Shown: positions 1-12,365 of the stretch, one piece after another
Numbering within the stretch: the stretch's first letter is position 1
Layout of the letters: each line of letters starts with the position of its first letter
From: the human T2T-CHM13v2.0 reference genome, Homo sapiens
Assembly (NCBI RefSeq): GCF_009914755.1
Contig: NC_060938.1
Direction: 5' to 3' (one strand)
DNA length: 64,000 nt
Notes under the pieces: generated by a model
Seen by the model: the letters and a program-made list of their open reading frames with translations, nothing else
Database searches by the model: none
What the model was told of the DNA's origin: nothing
Position numbers and translations under genes: made by a program

Positions 1-190
1 AATGGTCACTGGAGACTCAGAAGGGCAGAGGGTGGGAAGGGGGCAGGGATAAAAAATCGACTATTAGGTACACTGTATACACTATTTGGGTAACTGGTAC
101 ACTAAAAGCCCAACTTTACCATTTTAGTAGTTATCCATGCAACCAAAAATTACTTGTATCCATAAAGTTATTGAAATAAAAATTACAAAA
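1..190 (+). mobile_element. L1 3' end (L1MA/L1PB-type 3'UTR), cut by window start
   Basis: ggagactcagaaggg...gtacactaaaagcccaactttacc...ttgaaataaaaa resembles old L1 3'UTR ending in an A-rich tail. Confidence 0.8.
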
Positions 191-199
191 AAACCCTCA

Positions 200-740
200 A
201 AACACCAACCCACTGCTAGAATTATAGTAAAGGATGTTAGTAAGAATGTAGGCTGTAAAGTCAATACACAGAAATCAATTGCATTTTTATTTAGTAGTAC
301 AAATAACTGGAATATGTAATAAAATTATGTTTACATGATCAAAAATATTACATCAATAGGAATAACTAAATACATGTAAGACTTCTACAGTGAAAGTAGC
401 AAAACACTACCAAGAGAAATTAAAGAGGATTTATATGAAAAGAGTTGACCATGTTTATGTATTGGAAATTTTAACGTTGTTAAGATGTTAGTTTCCCCGA
501 CGAATTAATAAATTTATAGAAATTCTTATTAAAATTCCAACAGCTTTAAACATACATAAATTAAGAAGTTGATTCTAAAATTTATATGGAAATTCAAAGA
601 ATCCAGAATAGTAAAAGTTATCTTCTTTAAAAAAGAACAAAGCACATTTACACTATTTTATTTCAAGACAGTGTAACTCTATTAGTCAAGATTGTATGAG
701 ATTGATGTGAACATAAATAGTACAGCAGAAGAGAGTGACC
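200..740 (+). mobile_element. Old L1 (L1M) ORF2 fragment
   Basis: Degenerate ORF2 motifs aaagtcaatacacagaaatcaattgcattt and ttctaaaatttatatggaa; boundaries approximate. Confidence 0.7.
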
Positions 741-1269
741 AAGAACATAGTAAGTTCTCAATTAATGTTTGTTGATCAAATCAGAAATAAATATTTTTCT
801 TCTATTCCTCTTTCCTATCTCCTTCTGGTGATTTTTATTGGCAAAAGGTAATAGGGATACACCTAGTAAAAGAGGAATGTATTTTAAGGAGTCAAGTCAT
901 AACCCATCCAAAAGCAGATGTTGAGGTGTGCTTTTGGGGTTGAGAGGCAATAATTTGAAAACGGATACAGCATCTTTGTCTTGCATCCAAATATAGAGAG
1001 AAATAGTTCAAGAATTTATAATTTCAATTATGATGCTTATCATAGTTTTGGGGATTTAGTTATCAAGCTAAGCAACTCAACTTTTCTGCTTTTACATTGA
1101 ATTTTTAAGTAAATAAATATTATTTTTAACTGCTTTTTTGTATTTAGAGACATAATTTACCTTCTTTATTCTGTACAAGTGTTGAATCACTTTTATTAAT
1201 TTTCTAATGTTAGGACAAACAAATTTCTAGAAGGAAAAAACAAACGTGAATATGATACATTATTATTTT

Positions 1270-1620
1270 TATGTGTCACTGGATTTGGATTACTAACACT
1301 TTGTCTATGATTTTTCTATCTACATTTGTTACATCTCAAAGTTTGAAATTGGCCAGTATTTTCCTTTCTCACGTTGTCTTTGTTGGCTTTTGGTATTAAG
1401 TTTGTATTTGCCTGAGAGTTTTCCCTCCATTTTATACTCTAAAATACTTTCTGCATGTTTATAATTATTTATAATTTGAATATTCTGTTAAATTCATCTC
1501 AAAAATCCAATTTGTTTAGGGCTTTCTCTTGGGTAAGTTTTCACTGCTTAATTCATTTAATAGTTATAAGATTATTATTTCTCTGTTTCTTATTAAGGCA
1601 TTTTAAAAGTATATTTCTTC
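1270..1620 (-). mobile_element. Old L1 fragment, antisense
   Basis: T-rich L1-antisense-like text (ttggccagtattttcctttctc...ttttggtattaag); approximate. Confidence 0.5.
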
Positions 1621-1724
1621 TACATTTAAATAGTTCTCCTAAATTTATAAATTATAGTAAATGTGTTTTCAAATTATATAGGAATATTAAAATATTTCAA
1701 GAGTATAAAAAGATAACATAAACC

Positions 1725-4240
1725 TTGTTTAAAAATGCATAGCACTTCTCCCTTCACTCTTTCTCTCTCTTGCTGTGCCATGTGAAGATTATGCCTGCTT
1801 CTCCTTCACCTTCTGCCATCATTGTAAGTTTCCTGAGGCCTGCTCAGCAGTGCCTCCTGTATAGTCTGTGGAACTGTGAGTCAATTAAATCTCTTTCCTC
1901 CAAATTTCCCCAGTCTCATGTATGTTTTTATAGCAGTGTGAGAATGAACTAATACAGAAAATTCGTGTCAGATAAATGAGGCATTGCTATAAAGATACCT
2001 AAAATGTGGAAGCAACTAAGGAACTTGATAATGGGCAGAGGTTGGAACAGGTTGGAAAGCTCAGACAAAGACAGAAAGAATACTGAACGTTTGGAACTTC
2101 CTAGAGACTTGTTGAATGGTTCTAACAAAAAATGCTGATAGTGATATGGACAGTAAGCTCTAGAATAAGGTGGTCCCAGAGGGAGATGAGGAACTTATTG
2201 GGAACTGAAATAAAGGTCATTCTTGGTATAGTTTAGCAAAGAGATTGGACGTATTGTGTCCCTGCTCTAGAGATCTATGGAACTTTGAACGTGAGAGAGA
2301 TTATTTAGGGTATCTGGTGGAAGAAAATTCTAAGCAGCGAAGCATTCAAGATGTGGCCTGGCCACTTCTAAAAGCCTACACTAATTTGCATAAACAAAGA
2401 AATGACCTGAAACTAGAACTTACATTTAAAAGGGAAGCAGAGCATAAAAGTTTGGAAAGTTTGCAGCCTGACCATGTGGTAGAAAAGAAAAACCCATTTT
2501 CTGGGGAGGAATTCAAGGCTTCAGAAATTTGCATAAGTAAAGAAGAGCTGAATGTTAAAAGCCAAGACAATGGGGAGAATGTCTCCAGGGCACTTCATAG
2601 CAGCCCCTTCCAGCACATTCCTGAAGGCCTAGGAGGAAAAAAAATGGTATTGTGGGCCAGGGCCAGGCTATTGCTGCTCTGTGCAGCCTCGGGACATGGC
2701 ACCCTGCATCCTGGCCACTCAAGCTCCAGCCATAGCTAAAAGGGGCCAAGGTACAGCTCAGGCCATGGCTTCAGAGGGTGCAAGCCCTGAAACTTGGGGG
2801 CTTCCATGTGGTGTTGGGTTTGCAGGTGCACAGAAGGCAAGACTTGAGGTTTTGGAACCTCTACCTAGATTTCAGAGGATGTATGGAAATGCCTGGATGT
2901 CTAGGCGGAAGTCTGCTACAGGGGTGGGGCCCTCATGGAGAACCTATTCTAGGGCAGTGCAGTGGGGAAAGTTAGGGTTGGAACCCCCATGCAGAATCCC
3001 CACTGCAGCACTGCCTAGTGCAGCTGTGAGAAGAGGGCCACCATCCTCCAGATCCCAGAATGGTAGATCCACCAACAGCTTGCACCCTTTGCCTGGAAAA
3101 CCTACAGACACTCAATGCCAGCCTGTGAAACAGCTGCAGGAGCTGTACCCTGCAGAGCCACAGGGGTGGAGCTGCCCAAGGCCTTGGGAGCTCCCCTGCC
3201 CTTGCATCAGTGTGGGCTGGATGTGAGACATGGAGTCATAGAAGATTATTTTGGAGCTTTAAGATTTAATGGACTGGGCGTGGTGGCTCATGACTGTAAT
3301 CCCAGCACTTTGGGAGGCCAAGTGGGCTGATCACCTGAAGTCAAGAGTTCGAGACCAGCCTGGACAACATGGCAAAACCCCATCTCTACTAAATATATAA
3401 AAATCAGCCCGGCATAGTGGTGCATGCCTGTAATCCCAGCTATTTGGGAGGCTGAGGCAGAAGAATCATTTGAATCTTGGAGGCAGAGGTTGCAGTGAGC
3501 CGAGATCGTGCCACTGCACTGCAGACTTGGTGACAGAGTGAGACTCTGTCTCAAAAACAAACAAAAACAAAGATTTAATGACTGCCCTGCTGGGTTTCAG
3601 ACTTGCATGAGGCCTGTAGCCCCTTTGTTTTGGCCAATTTCTCCCATTTGGAATGGGAACATTTACCCAATACCTATACCTGCATTGTATCTTGAATGGA
3701 ACTAGTTTGATTTTTTTTATTTTACAGGCTCATTGAACTTGGACTTTTGAGTTAATTCTGTAATGAGTTAAGACTTTGGGAGACCGTTGGGAAGGCATGA
3801 TTATGTTTTGCAATGTGCGAAGGAGGTGAGATTTGGGAGTGGCCAGGGGTGGAATGATATGGTTTGGCTTTGCATCTGGATCCAAATCTCATGTTGAATT
3901 GTAATTCCCAATGTTGGAGAAGGGACCTGGTGTGAGGTGATTGGATCATGGAGGTGGATATCCCCCTTGCTGTTCTTGTGATAGTGAGTGAGTTCTCATA
4001 AGATCTGGTTGTTTAAAAATGTATGACACTTCTCCCTTTGCTGTCTCACTCCCCTGCTCCACTATAGGAAGATTTACCTGCTTCCATTTCACCTGCTGCC
4101 ATGATTGTACATTTCCTGAGACCTCCCCAGCTATGCCTCCTGTACAGCCTGAAGAACTGTGAGTCAATTAAACCTCTTTTCTCTATAAATTACCCAGTCT
4201 TAGGAATGTCTTTATAGCAGTATGGGAACAGACTGATACA
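1725..4240 (+). mobile_element. MaLR provirus, MSTA-like: 5'-truncated 5' LTR (~1725-1956), internal region (1957-3854), 3' LTR (3855-4240)
   Basis: LTR ends ...aactaataca and ...gactgataca; 3' LTR starts tgatatggtttgg after purine tract ggggtggaa; ATTAAA polyA signal; internal region homologous to the THE1D interior at 35224-36901. Confidence 0.92.
3271..3569 (+). mobile_element. AluS inserted in MST internal region
   Basis: Full dimeric Alu; TSD aagatttaat at 3261-3270 and 3570-3579. Confidence 0.97.
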
Positions 4241-4251
4241 GTAGATGCGTA

Positions 4252-4284
4252 TGTGTGTGTGTGTGTGTGTGTGTATGTGTGTGT
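4252..4284. repeat. (TG)n microsatellite
   Basis: Seen directly, one interruption. Confidence 0.95.
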
Positions 4285-4481
4285 AATAATTTTCATTACA
4301 CAAATGGTGGTTTTCCCAGGGAGAGCATTCACTGAGCTCCTCACACCACCATTTAAGAAGTCCAGGAAAATTTTTATTGATCCTTGGAGATTTCAAAGCT
4401 CTCTAATTAGTCATGTTCACATAACATTAGACAATGGGTGTAGAAATGGCTGTAACTTGTGCTTACAAGTATAAGTAAGGG

Positions 4482-4660
4482 CAGTGTTTCATAACTCTTG
4501 TGGCACATTATTCTCAAAGGGGGAGCTTTTAGAATATATTGGTAAATAGGCCATCTCTCAAAATATTTTTATTCATTTTTTTCTGAATAGAAACTATGTA
4601 TTTGTAATTTTAAATAATTCATGGGATTATCCTAATTGGATCCAGCTTTGAGAGCCACAG
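4482..4660. mobile_element. MER5-like hAT DNA transposon relic
   Basis: Ends cagtgtttcataact... and ...agctttgagagccacag resemble MER5 terminal inverted repeats; ~180 bp. Confidence 0.55.
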
Positions 4661-6019
4661 AACTAAATGTCTTAGAAGGGACTCATGCATAAGATTAGTA
4701 GCTGAAACTATGTGACTTTTAAATTGTTCTCCAGCATATAACATTCAGAACACAAACTTTCTGGGGGCACTTTTGTGGTGGTGCTTATTTCTGCTTTTCA
4801 TAACTATAAATAAATAACAATAGTAACAGCATAACATTTTAATAGCTTTTGTTTTATGAAGACATGACTTGCACAAAGTACATATTTCCTTCTTCAGCCT
4901 TTTTGGGTAGAAATATTACACAGTCACCTGTACAGACATGCTATTATTTATAAACCTACTAAGAGATCACAGGTATTACAACAGGTGAAATATGTTGGTA
5001 GAATTTAGGAAATTTCATGTCTGCACAATATGGCAAACACATATCTTTTGATTGCTTCATGACAAGTATTGGCAAAAAGAAATCTGGACTCATATAAAAA
5101 GTTTAAGGAGAAGAATATGGGAAAGCCATACCACAATTCAGGTACTGTTATTCTCATAATCTCCTATAGGAACCTGTGTTGTAATCTAGGTGAATAGTAG
5201 CAAAGTGAATGTGACTAAGAAGCTTACAAATATGACGGCTTTAGAGTATCCAAAATAAAAGGAAAATTAAAAGGAATATTTTTAGAAACTTTTCTGATTA
5301 TTAGACCTTACCTCCCTAGAGAATGGATATTTCATTTCAGAGTTGCAGTAACTATTATTTTCTCCTTTGTGGTTTTGACTAGTTATGTAAGTGGACTATA
5401 TTTTGTACAAGATTATTATCATTAGTGTGATAAATCTCTTTCCAAGTTTCACTTTGTGCAGAGCTTACTATTAAAATCTAATGTCTTTTTATTCTTCAAT
5501 TATTTTAAACATACTAATCAACAGTGACAAGACTCTACATAGAGTATCAATTTTTTTGTTTGAAAAATTGCCAGAAATAGTTCAAAAAAACCCAACATAT
5601 TGTGATCTTCATCACAAGAAATTATTAAATGTAATATCAAAAGCAAATATGCCCCATCATTCTTGCTCCTGTCAGTCTGAAAAGAAATTAGGGTATTTAA
5701 CATGCTAATAACTTGAGGATACATCTTCTCAAAGTATTTTTTCATGTCTCCTAACCGTCCTAGGTCATAGTATGTTAGTAGAATAACCAACTTCATAGTA
5801 ATTAAAAGTACATAAAATTTAAAATAAAGTAAAATTTAAAAATACATAATCAATTGTTTAATACAAAAATAAAAGTAAAAATATTAATAAACAAGCCTTT
5901 TAAGATTTTTACAACTCATAAATTTCACAGTAATATTAAAGTCATAGAGCCTTGAGTTAACTGTAACTTTAAGAGGTTGTCTGTCTCAATTGAATATTTT
6001 CAGACTGCTAAAGCCTTAT

Positions 6020-8087
6020 TATGTCTTGATTTCTTGCTTTCTCTCTTCCTCACATCCCAAAATACCAGTAAGTTCTTTTGACTTATCCTCCAGAATCTCT
6101 ACTAATCTATCTTCTCTCCATCGCTATAACAATCCATTCTCTATATGGTGCAGTAACATTTGAAAAACAAGAATTCAGTAATCAATTGACCTTTTTAATA
6201 GGTTCCCAACATTAAACTGATCTTTTACAAAGAAGCAAAGGCAATTAAATGGGGGAAAGGATTGTCTTTTCAAAAAATAGTTCTGGAACAACTGGACATC
6301 CAAATGCAAAAAAAATTTAGAAAATCTTGACACAGACTTTACACCTTTCACAAAATGTCAAATCAAAATGGACCATAAACTTATATGTAAAATGTAAAAC
6401 TGTAGAATTCCTGGAAGAAAACATAGGAAAATATCTAAATGACCTTGAGTTTGGTGATAAATATTTAGGCATAACACCTAAAACATGATCCATGAAAGAA
6501 AATTTTGATATGTTGGACCCTATTAAAATAAAATACTTCCTCTGCAAAGACACTTTTAAAAGAAGGAAAAAGACAAACCACTAGCTTGGGTAAAATTCTT
6601 GCAAAGCATATGTCTGATGAAGACTGGTGTCCAAAATATAGAAATAACTCTTAAAACTGAGCAATAAGAAAACAAACAACTGAATTATAAAATAAACACG
6701 ATATCTGAACAGACATCTTCCCCCCAAACATATACAGTTGGCCTATGATCATATGAAAAGATACTCGACATCATATGTCACCAGAGAACTGCAAACTAAA
6801 ACCACAATGAGATACCACTACACATCTATTAGAAGAGCTGAAATGCAAAACACTGACAACACCCAATGAAGGAAAGCATACAGAACAACAGGAACTCCCA
6901 TTTGTTGCTGATAGGAATGCAAAATGCTACAGCTACTTTGGAAAAGAATTTGGTAGTTTCTTACAAAACTAAATATAGTCTTAACAAACAATCCAGCGAC
7001 TTTACTCCTTATTCTTCAGTCAAATTAGCTGAGAATTTATGTCCACACATAAACCTGCACACTAATGGATATAGCAGCTTTATTTATAATTGCCAAAGCC
7101 TGGAAGCAACCAAAATGCCCTTTAACAGGTAAATGGATAAAGAAACCATGACACATCCAGACAAGGAAATATTATGCAACAAGAAGAAATGAGCTACATG
7201 CCATGAAATATATGGAGGAATCTTCAAAGCGTATGCTAAGAGAAAAAAGGCGGTTTGAAAAGGCTACATTAATGTATGATTAATCAATGTATGATAAAAG
7301 GCTGAATAGGTAGGACACAGGGAATAAGTATTTTCATGGTGCTGCCGTGGTGGATATGTGGCATTATACATTTGTCAAAACCCATAGGATGTACAAAACA
7401 AAGAGTGAACCCTACTGTAAACTATGGAATTTAATTAGTAATTATGTAACAATATTTTCCCATTAGTTGTAACAAATATGCCACAGATGTTAATAATAGG
7501 GCAGACTGTGTGGGTGGCAGGTGAGAAGATGAAGAGTTTTATGGGAATGCTCTGTACTTTTTGTTAGATTTTTCTGTAAATTGAATACTGATCTAAAGTC
7601 TATTAATTAATAAAATTCTGATGGCTTTTAACTGTTATAGAATAAAATTGAAACTTTGTTCGCTTTTCTTCAACCACCTACATGCTCTGCTTTCTTTGTC
7701 CATCTTCTACCATCTTTCACTTCTAAGCATCCATCTTCATGTTATCCAATTATAACTAATTCTTTACAATTCAGCACTTGTAAAACTGCTGCCTCCTTGG
7801 TGATATTCTTACTATAACCCCTCTCTTATTTGGATGCCCTCAAGTAGTGCTTTAATTAACACTGCATCTGAAGTTTTTTTAGTTTTTTTTGTTTTTTTTC
7901 CCCTATGACTTATCAGTAGCTGATACTTTCTTAGTATTTTTATTGTCTTTTGACTACTGTAAAATGAACTTCTGTGTGATCAGGCACCTCATCTGTCCTG
8001 TTTACAACTTTCACTTTACAATAGTTTCATAGTCCAGAATAATAGCTGGCATGCAGTAATCACAAACTTAATATTTATTGAATAAAC
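6020..8087 (+). mobile_element. L2 relic (about 6020-6170 and 7615-8087) split by the L1MC insertion
   Basis: L2-type 3' end atagctggcatgcagta...aatatttattgaataaa; C/T-rich L2 body on both sides of the L1. Confidence 0.6.
6180..7614 (+). mobile_element. L1MC-type ORF2 end and 3'UTR
   Basis: aaaaccacaatgagataccactacac; cattatacatttgtcaaaacccatag...gagtgaaccctactgtaaactatgga typical of L1MC 3' ends. Confidence 0.85.
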
Positions 8088-8999
8088 TAATAATGATCAT
8101 TTTATACATGAAAATAAGAAGTTGAATCGGTAAATTGTTAAAGTTTATACAGCTGGAATGGCATAGGAAGAGAATCTTATTTCCTGCTGTCTCTTAGTAG
8201 TGGACATTCTATAATAGGCTATGGTGCAGTGTAGCATTATAAGAAATTTATATCATCATTGCCATGATGTTAGGGAAATCAAAGCAATTTCCATGAAGAC
8301 AGTCAAAGTTTCTGTCAATTGGGATGTAATAAAAACTTAATTTGCAGTCAACATAATAATCATTCATACATGTCAGGTTAAAATATATGATTTTTTTTCT
8401 AAAATGGTAACTTTAAATAATACCTTCTAAATTGATTTTTCATTTTCACTTACAACCTTTATGAATCAAAATAAAGTTCCAATCATTATGACTTAAGAGT
8501 GCTAGGTTACCACATCTATTGTTATTTGCAATGATAGGCTTTTCCCTGTAGGCTCCTATGCTACTGTTAGTTTCTGAAATCATCAATTAAAATGTGTCTG
8601 AACAGGAGAAATTAATTGAAATGCCCAGAATTTTGTGACCTGAGGATTGAATAATGTAGTGCCATGTATCAATAAATAAATATTTGAAGCTTCTGTGGAT
8701 AGAAGTATTACACTAAAGGCTATACACTTGAATGAGCAAGTTATATCTTTTTCAGGTGTAAGCACATTTTAGGTCAGGCATTTAATGTTAGAATGAGATC
8801 ACAAAAGTCGGAAGAAATCACAAAATATTTAGTGGATTATTAGGTTTATGGGGTTTAAAATTTTTTGTGTCACTTTTCCTTTTTTTCAGATTAAATGCCC
8901 TTATATGCCCCCCTTTTAATAAGTCTCAAGCTAATAAAAATTTGGGAGGATATTTTAATTTCAAATCAATGTTTTTAATAAACATTCGCTTACCTTAAT

Positions 9000-10325
9000 G
9001 GTTATTTTTCCTCAGGCTTTTTTGTTCTCTCCTTAATCTCCTCAATTCCAGACACTGGAGTGTCCAGACCTTAATGCTTGCACTTCTTTACTCTGTCTAA
9101 CCTCATCTTTTTGATGAAATTTAGTATGAAGTTACTGATTCCACCTCCCATCATTAATCTCTTCCAACCCCCATCTCAGTAAAATGAAATACTATCTAGC
9201 CATTTCAACAAAAATCCTTGACATGATATTTGATTTTTCTTTCCGTTATATATTATATCCAATCTATCAACAAATATGTATATCCAGATGCTGACCATCC
9301 CAATACTATTTCTGCAGGTACTATCTTGGTCAAGCCACCAATATCTTTTCCTTCCATTCATAGCTTATCTCCCTGCTTCTGCAATTATCCCCTTATAGGT
9401 TATTCTGCACAATACATATCAGTCATTACACCATTCACCTGCTTAAAGCCCTTCATCCATTCATTTATTTTTTCAACAAATATTTATTTCTTCCCCATTT
9501 TTTTATTGATTGGTTAATCAAATATTTTCAGGTGGGTGGGCACTCTTTTTAGAGGCTTAGGATATATCACAGGAAAAATCAAGAGTGATGCCTGCCTTCA
9601 TAAGCTTGCATTCAAGCAAGAATGAAACATAGTAAACAATAAATATAATTTAAAGCATACAATTTATACTCTGTAAATTCTGTGAAGACAAGTATAAGTA
9701 GATCAGGGTAAGAGGGACGAAGGATGCTATGTGCTAATGGTGGATAAAGGAGAAGGCAGGCTGTGATACTAAATTGGGTGTTTAAAATAAGCCTCACTGA
9801 GAAGATGAGATTTGAGCATAGATTTGGAAAAGATTAAAACTTTGCCAAGTGTACATCTGGAAGAAGTGTGTTCTAGGCAGAGGGAACAGTAGGCACAGAA
9901 GACAAAAGGCAGGAGCCTGCCTGGCATGCCATTGTTATTTTTTTCCAGTGATTACTGCCCTCTTCTCTGTTACTTGAGTTCTCTACTCATGATCTTGTCT
10001 CAGGTCTTCAATCTTTATTCTGTTCATTCTTCCTTGAGTGCACTCCTCAGGATATTTCTATAATTCATATATAAAACCCTGTCATATCTTTGCTCAAATG
10101 TAACATCAGTGAGGCCTTTCCTGGCCACAGTATTTAAAATTGCAACTTGGTCTTTCTTCCCTGCTTTAATTTTGTCAATACTACTCAGCAAAATCCATTA
10201 TACTGTATTATTTATTTTATCTGTTGATTGTCTATCATCTTAGGGTTGATCTCCATGAGTGCAGGGAATTCGTCTATTTTGTTTACTGCACTATCCCCAG
10301 CATCAATAACAGTGCCAGGCACTAC
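9000..10325. mobile_element. Nested L2 relics: + strand L2 (~9000-9450, ~9930-10325) with a - strand L2 3' end (~9455-9930) between
   Basis: cattcatttattttttcaacaaatatttat is a reversed L2 3' end; ctccatgagtgcaggg...acagtgccaggcac is a forward L2 3' end. Confidence 0.6.
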
Positions 10326-10449
10326 CTCTTTGGGATACTCCCTAATTTAATCTAGTTAAGGGGAATACCAAATCATTGAATAAATTGACATAGAATGAAA
10401 GAGTAGATGATTATCCTAGCAGCCCTAAATTCTCCACTAACATGTGCTC

Positions 10450-10590
10450 ATAAAAACAAAATTAGCAGATAAATGACCATGGTTATGTAAGATGCTAGAA
10501 TTAGAGGAAGTAAGGTGAGGGGTTATACCTGTGCCATTATCTGTGTAAGTCTTCTAAAATTCTAAAATTATTTTAAAATAAAAAGTAAAG
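10450..10590 (+). mobile_element. Old L1 (L1MC/ME) 3' terminal fragment
   Basis: ggttatgtaagatg...ctaaaattattttaaaataaaaagt. Confidence 0.55.
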
Positions 10591-11541
10591 CAAATACCTC
10601 AGCTTTTCATTGGTCCCTCTCCTCAAAGGAGGCTTGATCTTAATGATGTATTAATAATATTTTCAAAGAAATAAGCAAAATCAAATATACAGCTACTATT
10701 AAGTAAATTTGTTTTATCAAAATGGACTTTTAAATTAATCAGACATTTCTTCTGCTAGGCCTCGTTGACCAATACAACTTAGCCTTTTGATTCATTGTTT
10801 GGAAAATGCACTCCCTCTCCATTATCTGAAAGTTGTGAAGGCTGTAAATCAACAGAAGAACCACCTGTAGAAGTACATTTCCACAGGTATGCTAAATACC
10901 TCAATAACTTTGTTCTTTTCACATTTCAGGTCCATAGAGTGAGATCATCTTTAAAACAACTTTTACAACTTCCATGACGTGCCTTCTAGTTATTGCCATG
11001 AAGGCCAAATCTTACCATGTTGGTCCTCATATATCTCAGTTAAACTAAAATTGCCTAGTAATCTCAAATTCTAGAATCCATTTTTGCTGGTCTATGAATT
11101 CCAAATCTCTATTAAGTGCAACAGCCTTATTAATAATTTAAGAATAGAATAAAATGTTAATAAGAAAATTATAATAAAGAAGTCATTGATTTTTTAAATA
11201 TTTACACCCATGAATGAACCAAAAGATTATAATTAGTTTGTAGAATGCAAGGAAAACATAAATATTTTGTAAGTTTAACAATAAAGCTAAGCAAGCCATG
11301 TAATGGAAAGAATACTAATACGATAACACCTGATTAAGCAATTATTTTAGATGTCCCCCACTATGCTTTCTTGCAGTAGTCGAATTTTACTTTTGTAGAT
11401 GCATGACCTTAATTCCACTTCTTTGGGATACTAATTTATTAACCTAGACATTGGAATTATCAAAACAACCCGATAAAGTAACTTCTTGGTTGAATTGTTT
11501 GTTAGTACATGTGGCGTTATTTCAAATTCATATAAAGGGTA

Positions 11542-11614
11542 CTTCTTACAAAATAGCCTCTACCAAAGATACATTTTGAGCATGTATCTTTGGTAGAAGC
11601 TATTTTATAAGAAG
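11542..11614. repeat. Inverted repeat: 33-bp arms (31/33 complementary), 7-nt loop
   Basis: cttcttacaaaatagcctctaccaaagatacat-tttgagc-atgtatctttggtagaagctattttataagaag. Confidence 0.97.
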
Positions 11615-12179
11615 ATGGAGAGGCTAACAGCTGTAGACTAGGTACAAGAAAGGATTTATTTATTTTATGATTTATAAAATAATCATAAGTTTGGTTAAAG
11701 TCTTTGTACCTTTAAATATCTAAATATAAATAAAAATAAATATGTAAATAGTAATATTACTAGATTCCTCACATACTGAAGATCAGTTGGAAGGGTAAAA
11801 TATGACTTCTCAGAAGGGGATTTTAATGTCATCAAAGTATATTAGAAGTTTTGTCAAACATTTTATTAAAAATATTTCATACTTTACAAAAGTAGCTAAT
11901 TACGATCACACAACTAAGTTCTGCCTTAGATCCTCTCTTCCTAGGTTTGAAACTTTTTTTTTTCTCCTGACATCCTCGAATTCTGTGGAAGTTTTTAGCT
12001 TTATTGGAGTACTAGGCTGCCAGGGTAAACTGAAAATTCAAGCACTTTGGAGTCCTTTGGCTCTGTGGGTTCTGATCTGCCACTCTGGATCTTACAGTTC
12101 TGGGACAGCACCTCCCAGAGAGAGTTGATTAACAGCTGCTGTGTGATCATGATGTAATAAGGGGGTAAAACTATGGACA

Positions 12180-12365
12180 GTGATATATTTCGAGCTGATT
12201 TTTGTGTATGGGGTGACGAAGGGGCCCAACTTTCTTCTTTTGCATGTAGGCATCCAGTTGTCCCAACATCCTTTACTGAAAAACTAATCTTTCTCCCATT
12301 GGATTGTCTTGGCATGCTTGTCAAAAATCAGTTAACCATAAATGTAAGAGTTTATTGTAGGCATT
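12180..12365 (-). mobile_element. L1M ORF2 fragment, antisense
   Basis: atccagttgtcccaacatc...ctttctcccattggattgtcttggcatgcttgtcaaaaatcagtt. Confidence 0.8.

Noticed and set aside
2245-3330. 164-aa and 181-aa ORFs as novel genes
   Set aside because: They lie in the MST internal region and have broken homologs in the THE1D interior; they are decayed MaLR ORF remnants
10795-10977. 60-aa ORF with nearby plus-strand splice-like sites
   Set aside because: Non-ATG start, no recognisable homology, and the donor-acceptor gap (~43 nt) is too short for an intron
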